DNA of 64,000 nt, taken from positions 372,001 to 436,000 of the forward strand of contig JBNJNM010000021.1 in NCBI GenBank assembly GCA_052426225.1. Reading direction: 5' to 3'. This document shows, in pieces, positions 1-11,726 of this stretch (position 1 is its first letter; every line of letters starts with the position of its first letter). A model generated the notes under the pieces. That model searched no databases, had not been told where the DNA came from, and saw only the letters and a list, made by a program, of their open reading frames with translations. A program made the translations under genes and the position numbers. The DNA comes from Zancudomyces culisetae HAW-14-8 (taxonomy: Eukaryota; Fungi; Kickxellomycota).

Positions 1-94
1 TTAATAAGAATATAGGGTTACTGATATATAGTCTTGAAAATAAAACAAAAGTTAACATTAAAAAAATTAAAGGAAAGGGGGAAGCAAGTATTAA

Positions 95-1266
95 TCAATT
101 GGTAATTGGATTCATAAGAAGCTCGGAAAACTTTTTGAGGTTTTCCACGCCTCTAACCTCGCTGGTGAGCAATGGCAATTTGGTAATGTGGAAGTCCTCA
201 TAAAGATCGTTGATTTGATCCAAGTATTTTTGCTGCATTTTTCTTCTGACCAAACATTGTTCACAGTTGGAATCTTTGGGTGGAAACAGCAGCTGGTTGA
301 CAACAATATTGTGTGTGTCAATGTTGTCATCAGTGAGTTCCTGGATTAGTCTCTCTGTTTCGTACAGGGACAAAAACTCTGATATACAAACGCAGATAAA
401 TGTTGTTTTGTCGGGGTCTTGGAACTGTTTATTGACCTCGTTAATTACTGCTCTCATGCTCTCCAGTTTTGCAAACATATCCTCTTGATCGGCATTTACC
501 CCCATCATTCCTGATACCTATTTTTTTGATTTTTTTTTCTCTTGTTTTTAGATAATTCTAACCCCGCACCTATGCCTAATTTCATGGTTATCAAATCAAA
601 TGTAATTTTTTTTATTTACCTGTTGTACCATGGGTCCAAATCGTCCAGAAAGCTGCGAAACCTTTGCCAAGGCCTTTTCCAAAATCGATGGGAACGACAA
701 AAACCTTAGCGTATGACCTGTTGGCGCCGTGTCGAAAATGATACAAGAGTATTCCATCGATTTCACTAACTTCATTACCTCAGCAAAGCCCATAGCCTCA
801 TCGACTCCTGGTATTGCAAAAGCCAAATCTTTCATTATTGAAGTCATTGCGCCGTTTTCTGAATTTTCCAGCATTTCCTGGATGCTTCCTGCTGGATCGA
901 TTTCCATACAATATAGATTTTCGATTCCCTGCACAGGTGTTGGTGTTTTAGAAAACTTTTGTCCAAAGGCATCTGAAAGATTATGAGCAGGATCTGTTGA
1001 AATTAGCAACACATTTTTTCGAACTTTGGCCATTTGTACAGCCAAGGAGCAACTATTATTGTTTGATTGTTTTTAATAATCTCCAGGATGAAGAGGTGGT
1101 GGAAGTATCATATCTATGGATAAAAAATTTTAAAAAAAAACAAAGATTACCTTGTGGTTGTCTTTCCTACACCACCTTTTCCTCCAACAAATATCCATTG
1201 TAATGTGGTTTGATCTAATATGTTTTTCAACGAAGGCTCGAGCTCAAAAGATTCAGAGTCTGACAT
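95..1266 (-). CDS. GET3: ArsA/GET3 ATPase for tail-anchored protein targeting; 3 exons (1266-1151, 1052-620, 517-95)
   Basis: Spliced translation [43 protein letters not shown]... has the deviant P-loop, [26 protein letters not shown] and a C-terminal CxxC; GT-AG introns 1150-1053 and 619-518 keep frame. Confidence 0.97.
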
Positions 1267-1407
1267 TTCTTGTTTATTCGCGTACTAGTTTCCCCTCTTT
1301 TATTATTCTTGTCGGTAACTCTTATTTCGTTGCCGTATTTTTGTTCTAATAGATTTTCGATGAATCAGCAGTGAATTTTGGACTTTAACTAATACAGGTA
1401 AGCGTTG

Positions 1408-1659
1408 ATGTACCACTTGCAATATAAATATTTATTGCGTATGTTTTTTTGGGGTGGGGGAGAGGGGCTCTAAACTAACACAGCTTGTAGTACCATCTAT
1501 ACTAGCTTTTTTTTTCCACGTCTATTACGTGTTAATTTTTGTTTTCATTAATGTTCCACAAACTGTATGTAATCGAACCTAGCCAATAATTCCAAAAAAA
1601 AAAATTTTTTTTAACCCCTTCCTGTATTTCAGTTGGCACGATTCCCCCAAATAACATAA
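1408..1659 (+). CDS. Candidate 43-aa single-pass membrane microprotein; 3 exons (1408-1438, 1491-1564, 1633-1659)
   Basis: Two introns (GTATGT...ACTAAC...TAG and GTATGT...TTTAAC...TTTCAG) join in frame to give MYHLQYKYLLLPSILAFFFHVYYVLIFVFINVPQTLARFPQIT*. Confidence 0.6.
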
Positions 1660-1769
1660 TGGTTCAAGATTTCAATCAGTGCACAAGACTGAGGTCAAGC
1701 TGCATATATCTCAAAGCCGTCTATACATAGTCTGAATTGTTCCATAGTAAGACCAAAACAATGACAAAA

Positions 1770-1800
1770 CCAAGACCAAGACCAAGATCAAGACTAAAAC
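1770..1800. repeat. Imperfect (CCAAGA)n hexamer repeat
   Basis: ccaagaccaagaccaagatcaagactaaaac. Confidence 0.8.
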
Positions 1801-2079
1801 CAAATCCAATATGCACCAATCATACGTTTAAAGCTGTTAGTACAGGTCATAAACTATAAAGGCTATGTTAAGTTCAAGAAAAGAAGTGTGACTATCACCA
1901 GTTTGTACTAATATATAAAACAAAAGGAAAAAACCAAAGTAAATAGATAGAGCGATATTAATACAGCTAGATAGACAAGTTTTAGTGTATAGGAAGATAT
2001 ATCAAACATGCTACAGGCTCTAATAAATTTTGAGTTTGGTGTCAGCCCATCACAAGACTCAAGCTAAAAACAGAGAAAA

Positions 2080-3318
2080 CTAGTATGTATCGCCATCATC
2101 ATCGTCAAAGTCAAATTCATCGCCCTCACCGTTATCAAAGTAATTATTTACATAGTCATTCTCCTCCTCCTCATCTTCCTCATCCCACGCTGCATCATCC
2201 TGTGAGTTATTACCCTCACGATCCTCTTTGTCGTCCTATACATTCGTAAATAGTTTTGTGGTTTACTTGGTTTCATACACAGAGTTAGAAGAGGTAAAAT
2301 GGATATATTTGAAAATGCAGAAATAAACTGTATAAAGCACAACTTACCTCATCTATCTCATCCTCTTCACCAGAAGCAATCGCCGTTAGTAGCAAATCGC
2401 CTTCATTTTTTACCCTTCCATTGCTTTTGCCAGAGCCTAAGAATAATACACACCAATTTAAATTATATATTCAATGAAGCAAAGCATCAGTAATATAAAT
2501 AAGTTTATTCATTACGTTTTTTTATAGTTTTTGAAATAACAGAATGCAGCTCTTCGGGGAATAAATCCAAATCTACATCAAGATGGAATAGTAAATATGA
2601 GTAACAATAAACTTAAGGCAGTTTTTTATATAGAGTTTATCTCAGATTATGTGTGTGCATGTGTATATATAATATTAAAAAGTGAGTGAATAGTGTATTA
2701 CTAGTATTAATGTTTCGCAAGTTTTTCGAGGAGAGGGTGTCGTTTCGAAAGTATTTGTCAGAGTATCGCTCAATATCTAAGAGATTAAATAATTACTTGA
2801 TTACCGTTCTCAATTGATGAGCAAGTAGGTATATGATAAAATAAGAAAATATGCTATCAAGACCCCGGAAAGGTTAAAAAGTAAAATAAAAAAAAGTCAA
2901 AGCCAAAGTTATAACGATAAAGGATAAAAAATAAAAAATAAAAGATAAAGGGTGTATACATAGAGAGTTTAGTTACCTTTTTTCACGGGCGGTTCGGTCA
3001 GATAAAACTCTGAATTGTTCAATTCGTCTAAATAGCCCTTATATAGATCATACATGTGTTTTTCTTCATAGGTCGGTTGTTTTGCCACCGGCATATCACG
3101 ATATTCCTAAATTCCATATAACAATTGTTAAATATCTACACTGTCAAATTTATGCAAGTAAATTATCAAATTAAATACCTACGTACTACAAAGAAGATAC
3201 TTACCGGAAACAGCTGAGCTGAACCCTTATTCGTATTAAAAGTTCTTCCCAATTCGGTTAGCAATGCACTTTGAGGAGGTCTTCTTGAACCACCTCTACC
3301 ACCCCTTGCTCCTGACAT
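2080..3318 (-). CDS. RPC31: RNA polymerase III subunit Rpc31/C31; 6 exons
   Basis: Spliced product has N-terminal GARGGRGG, LFP, DIERYSDKY, LFPEEL and an acidic tail with NDYVNNYFDNGE; five GT-AG introns keep frame. Confidence 0.9.
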
Positions 3319-3787
3319 GTTTGTGTGTTTTAAAAGCTACGTCACAATTGCAGGAATATAATACACTTTTTCGAGATTCTGCTTTGGAATTCTACCAGCA
3401 GTCGTTGTTTCAGCAGGAAAATATTTTCAAAAAACCTTTGAGGGCTAGAAAATGAATTATCGATTTGGTCTAAGAAAAAAAAAGCGAAAATCTTTGTAAA
3501 CTCAATGTGAAGCTGGATTTCAGGCCTTATTTTTATTTGGACAAATCACATTGGCCAGGTACAAAAAAAAAGGTTGAAGTGCTCAAAGCAAGCTGAAAAC
3601 GAAAAAATGTAAATACAAGGCAAAGCATTGAATTGATTACAACCAAGTCTCTAAACGAGGTATTTATTCCAAGTTTACCATCTTCCTTTGCATTATTATA
3701 ACAGAGCTTTAGTTTTTTTTTAATTTTACCTACTTTGGTCATTGTGCTACAATAACGAAAAGCGAAAAGAAAGTGAACACAACAAAA

Positions 3788-6700
3788 ATGGAACAAAACA
3801 AGGAGTTGGAGTTTATCCACAAACTCATGCACAAAAAGTTTGATGATAAAACGGTAAAGATGTTTAAGGATAAAAGCATAAATGAAGTAATGGGTTCAGA
3901 GCTGGAGCTAAGAAGAGACATTAGAGAAGCAACAGAAGATATTTGTAGAATAATAAAAGATAATCATCATATATGGCTAGACTCTACAAATTCGCTAAAA
4001 ACTCTAATGACAGAAACCGAATCTATAAAAAGCAACTATGATAGACTAAGAGAATTGATTATGAATAGTCAAGCAAAAGTGGACACGGCACAGGAAAACA
4101 GCGAAAAAGAGATAAAAAAAAGGGAAAAGTACGAACTTGCGTCGCAAATGAAGGTATTGGCAGATAGTAGTGAAATAATATGGCAAGGTTTGGAGAGCGA
4201 GGGTTCTGGGCTTGTAGAGATAGCTCTAACATATATGCTGGCAGAACAGGTGTACATGCATCTTAAAATAAACAAGGATAAGGTTATGGACAGCTTTTTG
4301 GCGATCGAAAGACAATGGGCAACAATAAAGCCATTAAAGGGCCAAATAATAAAAAAGTGCAAGAGAGAGCTAGCAAATAAAGGGAATTGGCGGGATGAAA
4401 GCAGTAATAAATACGTAGGAGCAGTATGTGGGCTGGTAATGCTTCAGGAGGTGCAAATAGTAGATGTTTGCCGCGATTTTTTGGGAGTTGGGTACAGAAA
4501 ATATATTGAGGAGCCGGAAGAAAATAGAGAAGTGGATGAAAAGCAAGAGGAAAAGATAATTTGCAACAGAGTATTAGAAGGTATAGAGGCTATTAAAGAA
4601 AAGGTCATTGAATTTACAGAGATATTTGGATACAAGGAGGTAGATCTGGCAGGGAAAAAGATAACCATTTCATACTTATTGGCACAACTAACAAACTTTG
4701 CCACTGGAACTAGTTTGACATCACAGATTAATTGGAAGGCAAACAAGAGTGTGAGTAATATGCGCCACAAGATGAGAAGAAGAAGTACATTGTTTAGCGA
4801 AACGACAAAGAATTTTCGGAAAGAGCATACAGATGACTTGTTTTCAGGTGTTATTAAATCAGAACTTGCAGTTAAAAACAACAACTATTTGAATAATTAC
4901 CTTCCCAAGGAAATAATGGAGTTTAAACCAAAATTGGAATTTCTAGACTTTCCGCGACATTGGAACAAAGGGGACAGTCCCATTAGTGTTGATGATATAG
5001 CATCAGTATTGTCAAGGATGGACAGGAGATGTATGGTAGACCCAATGAAGCAATGGGTAGGGTGGTACAATAGAACAGTACAGGAATTTTTAAGCAAACT
5101 AAAAGCCTTGCTGAAAAGTTATAACTTGAGTGCAGCCCAATGTGGTAATATTATACGTGTGCTGAATTCACGGGAAAATAAAAGTGACCAGAGGTGGCAG
5201 AGTGTTGTAGATGACTTGAAAGGTATTCTCTTGGAATTGGAGGGTCATGTTCCAGGTGTAGATATAAGCGGGATAGACTTACAACTGTACAGTTTAGTAT
5301 CAAACGAAATAGCAGGCTACGTAGGTACCACAGTTTCAGACGGGCTGAAGTATGGAGTCTATGAATATCCAGTACAAACAATTGAAAGCTGGATTGCTAG
5401 TTTGGCAGAAAGAAATCCGAGCGTATCCATGGGTGGATCATTATTTATTGGAGGTCGGCGGGGTTCGGGGTTGGCGTTAGGAACGGGGTCGGTGAGCAGG
5501 ACAAAGACACAGTGGGGTGGGGGGATGGATATGGGTAATTTGAGTTGGAGGATTAGTTTTGTGGAGGAAGATAGTGCAGATCTAGGAATGCATAAAACCA
5601 CAAAGCAAAAGGAATACGACTCTTTGGTTGCGCTGAAAAGGGCTGTATCAAAGCTTATAGACCATTATCCGCCACATTTGAAGGGCCTTTTCAAAGCGTT
5701 TCATGGGCAGTGTGATACAATTCTTGAAGATTGTAGCTGGTTTGATAACCACTTAAGAAGTTTTGAAAGGCCTAACCCAGGCTCAGGAGAAACAGGGAAT
5801 GGGATTATGTATCGTTATTTAAATCCTAATTACTTACAGACCGGTCAAACGCTGTATTTTACCTTGGCTCAACAGCTAGCAGAAAAGTTGAAAGAGTATA
5901 CGGGGGTGGTAGTTTCCAAGTCACAGGGCAAATTGAAATTTGCTCTGAGCATTGGTAACAGTAGCACGCCATACCCACTGTACCACACTACTGAAAATCT
6001 AGCCGTTCTCCTGTCGATTGGCCATTTTGCTTACTTAGTATTAGAAAGTGTCGCTACTCTACTTATTTCTGACCAAAAGCTATCGAATACTGGTGTGGTT
6101 ACTGCTGAATCTGTTGACAAACTTTCACAGAACCTCAACTCGATCACTATTTCTTGCTTTGAACCGCTGATTGCGTTGTATACCGATTCATTTATTTCAA
6201 ACTATGAAAGAATAGTCAAATCATTGTACCCGGCTTTCTTTACTGATCAAAGGCTAGACGAAAAGACTGAAGTATGGAGAAATGTGGAGCTATATGTGGA
6301 CAATAACACTCGAAAAGACGGAGATTTTGCTCAACAGGACTTTTTCCCGGTCATGGACACTCATACTAGTCTCTATAGCTCTCTAGGTGACGTAGATTTT
6401 GTTTATCAACCGAAATCTAAGCAAGGTATGCAACATGAAGAGATTGATCCCTGTGGTGGTCTCGAGCCCTCCCCTGCCCTTGTTTATTTACTCACCTTGC
6501 TTTTATCGGATTCAAGATCCAAACTGTACAAACTAAGCGCAGAACTAACCGCCTCTTTGATCAATAGCCTATTCAAGCAAATATCCAGGAGAATCGACAC
6601 TCTCTTCTCGTCAATTTTTTTGCCTTCTCTTGAGCCCACAAATGAAAAACAAGACAATCTTACGACTTCCGTACGTTCGGGCAGTGATGATGAAACCGGT

Positions 6701-6994
6701 AGCTTTGACGCGACGAACGGCGCTGTACACGCACATTACTCACACAGCTCCAATAGATGTTACCAGGTTTTACAACTGGTTGTGGATTTACAGTATCTCA
6801 ATCGATTCTTTTTGTCAAATATCACAACCACACCAGATACAAACATAGGGGAGAATCCAGACGCCCCTAAACAGGCGCTGTTTTTTTCAACTACCATTTC
6901 TGGTATTCAGGACTATGTCAAAACTGACGAAAACCAGCACCACCAATCCTGCTACTTTTGTAGCTTATCTGCAAATGTACTTGCTTCGTTCTAG
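3788..6994 (+). CDS. COG1: Conserved oligomeric Golgi complex subunit 1-like protein (N-terminal Vps51-like coiled coil)
   Basis: Intronless ~1068-aa ORF from ATG 3788; segments LASQMKVLADSSEIIWQGLE and IERQWATIKPLKGQII resemble COG1; the C-terminal half is divergent. Confidence 0.65.
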   Translation: MEQNKELEFIHKLMHKKFDDKTVKMFKDKSINEVMGSELELRRDIREATEDICRIIKDNHHIWLDSTNSLKTLMTETESIKSNYDRLRELIMNSQAKVDTAQENSEKEIKKREKYELASQMKVLADSSEIIWQGLESEGSGLVEIALTYMLAEQVYMHLKINKDKVMDSFLAIERQWATIKPLKGQIIKKCKRELANKGNWRDESSNKYVGAVCGLVMLQEVQIVDVCRDFLGVGYRKYIEEPEENREVDEKQEEKIICNRVLEGIEAIKEKVIEFTEIFGYKEVDLAGKKITISYLLAQLTNFATGTSLTSQINWKANKSVSNMRHKMRRRSTLFSETTKNFRKEHTDDLFSGVIKSELAVKNNNYLNNYLPKEIMEFKPKLEFLDFPRHWNKGDSPISVDDIASVLSRMDRRCMVDPMKQWVGWYNRTVQEFLSKLKALLKSYNLSAAQCGNIIRVLNSRENKSDQRWQSVVDDLKGILLELEGHVPGVDISGIDLQLYSLVSNEIAGYVGTTVSDGLKYGVYEYPVQTIESWIASLAERNPSVSMGGSLFIGGRRGSGLALGTGSVSRTKTQWGGGMDMGNLSWRISFVEEDSADLGMHKTTKQKEYDSLVALKRAVSKLIDHYPPHLKGLFKAFHGQCDTILEDCSWFDNHLRSFERPNPGSGETGNGIMYRYLNPNYLQTGQTLYFTLAQQLAEKLKEYTGVVVSKSQGKLKFALSIGNSSTPYPLYHTTENLAVLLSIGHFAYLVLESVATLLISDQKLSNTGVVTAESVDKLSQNLNSITISCFEPLIALYTDSFISNYERIVKSLYPAFFTDQRLDEKTEVWRNVELYVDNNTRKDGDFAQQDFFPVMDTHTSLYSSLGDVDFVYQPKSKQGMQHEEIDPCGGLEPSPALVYLLTLLLSDSRSKLYKLSAELTASLINSLFKQISRRIDTLFSSIFLPSLEPTNEKQDNLTTSVRSGSDDETGSFDATNGAVHAHYSHSSNRCYQVLQLVVDLQYLNRFFLSNITTTPDTNIGENPDAPKQALFFSTTISGIQDYVKTDENQHHQSCYFCSLSANVLASF

Positions 6995-7480
6995 ACTAAT
7001 CTTTTTTTGCCTTTTTCCCCTTGATTTACCTTCATTTGTATATCATCTTCTTGTGTATCACTATCAGCATTTTTTGGATTGAACGGGATATCGATATAAG
7101 TCAGCAAACCTTTCTTAAAAAGGCCCCAGAGCAAGGCCATTTTGAATACACCAGGGATTTTTTAGATGGGAATATATTGGGTCCATAATTGGATCCTTTA
7201 TGACCGAAACTGCAAGTATTTTTGCTTGAATTTGTGAAGTCAAATTGGGGAGAAAATTTTTTTTATCTTTGTGGGTTGTTTTAGCGCGGCCTTTAGCTTA
7301 GTTGTCCATTCAATTAGCTAGCTCAGGCTAATCAAATTTTGACTTTTTTTTTTGATTTTTATGTTCTTAAATCGCAAATAAAAAAATATTGATATATTCA
7401 TGATTTAGAGAAAACGAAATTCAAACGCAATTGGTTTTTGTCGTATTTTTATCGTATAATCTCCAAGAAAAGAAATCAAA

Positions 7481-8536
7481 ATGAATATACAGTTTGTAAA
7501 AAGCTTACCTCTTTCAATAACACGGGCACTTAATGTGCGAGCCTTTGGAACTCACTCCTCAGTACTGCTAAACAAATTCGTAGATGGCAAGGATTCGATA
7601 AACGATTTCGGCAAATTCAAAGAATACTATGAAAAAGATGGTAAAATAATCTCTCAATTTTTTTTATATTGTTAACTGATGAGTATCCTACACCCTAACT
7701 ATTGCAGTGTAAATGATGATATGGCCATTAAATCCGCATAATAATAATCTTTTGAAATATTTGTAGGAAAGGGTGTTGATTTGGAGCTTCCAAACAGTTT
7801 TGAATGTAATTTACCATTCATTTTGCTATTTTACAAGAGCTGAATTAATTATATAACACTAAAAACATTAAGAATGCTAAAGACAAAACTGTATCTGAAA
7901 TGCCTAATTTTATAAATAAAATAGCCATAGACAGAGCAGTAAAGCCACTGAATACAAAGAGGCGCGATATTAGATTCGATCTGAGCACTCAAAGCAGGCT
8001 TGATCAGGCATTTTCAATGAACAATAATCACAGTAAGCCTATTTATATATATATATATATACTTAGTCAGGGAATACCCTTGCATTTAAATATAATTATA
8101 AACTCAGCATTACATACTAAAAATAAACCCAACTATAGAGAACTATTCCGAAATGACCTTTTTCAACAAAAAATTCCCCAGGCAAGGATTATACCATCCA
8201 TATGATCTATTGGAAACCTCAGCTCGGCCAAAACCACCACCATCAACCATCGATACACTGCAAAATAACCTAAATAATTTACTTGGATCTGATGCCAACA
8301 AAAAGAAAAAGACAGATGTTTTCAAGACATTACAACTTGACCCCCTTATTGAATACAAAAATGTCACTATTTTGAAGTCCTACTTGTCGGATTTTGGAAT
8401 GATCCTGCCACGCCGAAAGACCCATTTGCGAGCCAAAACTCAAAAGAAATTGGCAAAGGCAATAAAACGTGCCAGGGCTTTTGGTTTGCTCTCGTATATG
8501 AGTAATTACACTACACTGGACGATGACACCAAATAA
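7481..8536 (+). CDS. RSM18: Mitochondrial small-subunit ribosomal protein bS18m; multi-exon, 5' exon boundaries uncertain
   Basis: Presequence-like N-terminus; last exon has the S18 domain DPLIEYKNVTILKSYLSDFGMILPRRKTHLRAKTQKKLAKAIKRARAFGLL. Confidence 0.88.
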
Positions 8537-9329
8537 ATATACTTACAGCTTTCTCTTGTCCAATATTCCTATATAATAACTAACTCTTACATTCCAACAT
8601 ACTATTATTATTATTATTCGAGATTTCAATATATTTTAAACAAGATAATATATTATTTCGAATTTTAAAACTTCTATTTGCTAGCATTGGCATAAAAGAA
8701 GGCAAAAAAAACACATGAACAGAAATACTGAGTATATACCAGCAATATCAGAAAATATGCACTTTTTACACCTTTGCACGTTCTATTTCAGCGTTGGGGT
8801 ACGCTGTTATATAAAGGCACTCCAAGGATCGTGTTTTCTAGATACAGTACTATTATTATGAATACTGTATTACTATTGCCGATGCCTTGGTTCTATGCCC
8901 ACTTTTGCATTTATACACACTCCTAACACTACCACTGCTGGTACATTTTTTTTGTCCCCTGTCTCAACCTTTTTTTTTTCGTGTTTCTTTCACCTTCCGC
9001 TTCCCTTTCATACATTCCCTCTTCTCCCCACATTTCCTTTTGTTCAACTTTCTCTGCTAAGGCAGTCTTGTTTTTTATGACGTAAAAGACCAAATCAAAA
9101 CATAGTGGTTACAGAAATAGGAGTATATTTCAAAGTTTTATTTATTATAAAGACAAAAATGATATCAAATAGACTTCTCGTTCAGCTCATACTTTGGCAT
9201 AACCATACCCATTGCTGGTGTACATTTCCCACTATTTCAAAGTCTTATTCGCCACCAGCTGTCACTAGATTTATGTAGTTTTTTTTACTGCTGTTTTTTT
9301 CTACAAGTAAGCGTAGCATCGGACTGGGA

Positions 9330-9602
9330 TCATTGTTTGGCCTGTGCCTCCATCAGAGCCTGATTTTCTTCGGCAAATCTTAGCCCAACTCGTTCGTTTA
9401 ATTTCATCATTTTTTTGGTGCAGTTTCTGCTACAAGTAATCTCCTTGGAGGATGTTGCACTGCTTGTGAATTCAGTTACACAATCGTCAAAACACCTGGT
9501 CACCAATGTTGCGTATAGTCGCATGAAATCCTTGATTTGCTTTTGTTCAAGCATGGCTTGCATTTGTTGCTCTTGTACTGAATTGCCGTATCCTCCGTAC
9601 AT
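9330..9602 (-). CDS. TIM9: Mitochondrial intermembrane-space small Tim chaperone
   Basis: 90 aa with twin CX3C motifs (CFDDC, CSRNC); EQKQIKDFMRLY and ERVGLRFAEEN are typical of Tim9. Confidence 0.93.
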   Translation of the reverse strand: MYGGYGNSVQEQQMQAMLEQKQIKDFMRLYATLVTRCFDDCVTEFTSSATSSKEITCSRNCTKKMMKLNERVGLRFAEENQALMEAQAKQ

Positions 9603-10280
9603 TTTGTTGTCGACTTTTGTGTTTTTTTATCTAGTGTCTTGTGTATTGTGTCGTGATTTAGTTTATACTTTTCGGATACCTACTTTGTATATTTCTGCTT
9701 TTCGAAATTGGCTAGGCAAAGATTTAATCAAAAGAAATTTTGATTCAGAAACAAAATTACGCATTTTTAGGAGGGGGAGGGCAGGATATTTTTGAACAGT
9801 TTTGCTTGCCCCACAAATAGCAGAGAAGATTTGCGCTTATTTATTTTTTGTTTGCTAGGAAGACCTGTGGATAAAAAAAATTTTTTTATTTGCAATTACA
9901 GAATGTATCCAGCTATCAGCGTAAGGAAAAAATACTGATTTGTGAAAAATGCGCCTATTTCTAACTAGGCATTTGATTAGCCCAGTCTTGTTTTCAGTGT
10001 TTTACATTTTTCAATATTAAGCAAACCTATAAGCACAAGTGAACCTCCCCGCCTTGTTGGAGTTTGTTAAATTTGAGATCCACATCAAAGGGAAAAAAAG
10101 GAGAGATGACATGGATATATCAAGAAAAAGATAGGATATATTGCCGAAAATTTAACGTAAAAAGCTGGAACTCAAGTATTAAACTGCGGTCATAACATAC
10201 ACAAAGATACACTAAAATGAAGAAAAAAAATAATCCAAGAAACTAATAAAAGAAAAAAGAGAACAAAACGCTGAAATAAC

Positions 10281-11726
10281 TCAAAGTTCGTTTATGAGAG
10301 TGGGTGAAGAAAAGACTCTTCCCTCAAGAGACTCCAATCCCTCACCATTGTATGAAACTAGAGGGGAAATTTCAAAAGATCTGCGAGCAGCGCCTATTAC
10401 CTGTGCGCCGGCCTTTTCAGCAAATCTTATGTGCAAATTCATCAAGTCTTCACGGCTGGTTTCGGGACAATCTGCGCCACTTCCAGGTGCATTCTTCAGA
10501 GGTGAGAACTGTTCTTTTCTGCTGACATCTAGGATAGCCAACTTATCAACAAATGGGAAGACATCAAAGATAAATCTTTCCAACTTGATTCCGTTGTTCT
10601 TTTCAGGTGCAACACTCTTTCCTGTCTCGCTGTCATAATACTTGATCTTCTTTTTTGCGATATGGTACTCCAATTTGTGTTGGATGTTTTCCGTCTGGTA
10701 TAAAAAGTCCAGCGAAAAGACGTGGTTGCAAATATTTCCTGCATTGTATAAAAGAGTTCCATCTGGTCTTTTCTCGCGTGATAGTTCCTCTGGAATTTCA
10801 CTATATTCAAGCACAGCATACTTTTTTTGTTTCTTACAAATAACTCCGACTTTTTCATCCCATGAGCTCTTTGCAACCACCAAAGCGCCAGTTTGAGCCT
10901 TTTTCAAGGCTGAGTATCCAACAAATCTTGGATCAGCAACGCGAACCAAAATGTTATCTACGCAATAAGCGTGAACGTATGTTACACCCCTCCTCTTTAA
11001 TTCATCAAGAATGCCTGATTCCAAAAGCCCGCTGTAGATTCCTCCGTTTCCATCTGGTGCTGTTGATATTTTGCCTTTACTTTCCAAAATGAGCTTGCCA
11101 TCAAAAGTAAACGCTGGCAGAGATCCTTGATCAAAGAAGAAAACTTGATCGTCCCTGAGACCGAAATTGTTATTGTGTCTGAAATAATCAACTGTATCTT
11201 TTTTGGTTGCGTCTGACACCATCACCAACCATGGGATCACGACGCTATTTTTATCCACCTTTGCAAATTCTGCGGCCACCTGTTGAAGTCTCACTATCCT
11301 CTCTCCCTGAATCTGAAACAGACTCTTTCCTGAAGGTATACCTACTTTGTAGAAACCCTTGGGGAGAGTGCTTCCGAGTCGAGTACCTTGGCCTCCTGCC
11401 ATGACCAGTGTTGCTACTTTGTTTTGTGCTATCAGCCTTAACCCTTCTTCATACCATTCGTCCTGACCACCACTCTTGTTGTCTACTTCAGAGTCAAATT
11501 CGCAAGTTTCTAGAGGCTCAATGTTATTGCTTATTATGTGAGCACCCTCAAGCTCCATTGTTTTTTTGAATCTTTCAGTGATTTTCTCGATATTGAGTTT
11601 TTCCAGCGTGTTCAAGAAGCCATCCAGATCATTTTGACCCAATTCATCTACATATTGAAATACATGTTCTTGTCCTACGGCGGCATATCTCTTCCTCAAT
11701 CCCTCTACCCTGTTAGAAGCCATCAT
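10281..11726 (-). CDS. UAP1: UDP-N-acetylglucosamine pyrophosphorylase
   Basis: MAGGQGTRLG, PDGNGG, YCVDNIL, EYSE, NGIKLERFIFDVF and FSPLKN motifs. Confidence 0.97.
   Translation of the reverse strand: MMASNRVEGLRKRYAAVGQEHVFQYVDELGQNDLDGFLNTLEKLNIEKITERFKKTMELEGAHIISNNIEPLETCEFDSEVDNKSGGQDEWYEEGLRLIAQNKVATLVMAGGQGTRLGSTLPKGFYKVGIPSGKSLFQIQGERIVRLQQVAAEFAKVDKNSVVIPWLVMVSDATKKDTVDYFRHNNNFGLRDDQVFFFDQGSLPAFTFDGKLILESKGKISTAPDGNGGIYSGLLESGILDELKRRGVTYVHAYCVDNILVRVADPRFVGYSALKKAQTGALVVAKSSWDEKVGVICKKQKKYAVLEYSEIPEELSREKRPDGTLLYNAGNICNHVFSLDFLYQTENIQHKLEYHIAKKKIKYYDSETGKSVAPEKNNGIKLERFIFDVFPFVDKLAILDVSRKEQFSPLKNAPGSGADCPETSREDLMNLHIRFAEKAGAQVIGAARRSFEISPLVSYNGEGLESLEGRVFSSPTLINEL

Noticed and set aside
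7693-7714. CCCTAAC...TGCAG-T-GTAAAT inside RSM18 intron 1 as a micro-exon or recursive splice site
   Set aside because: Using this acceptor with the evident donor gives an immediate stop, and it is not an exact AG|GT ratchet; it cannot be resolved without RNA-seq
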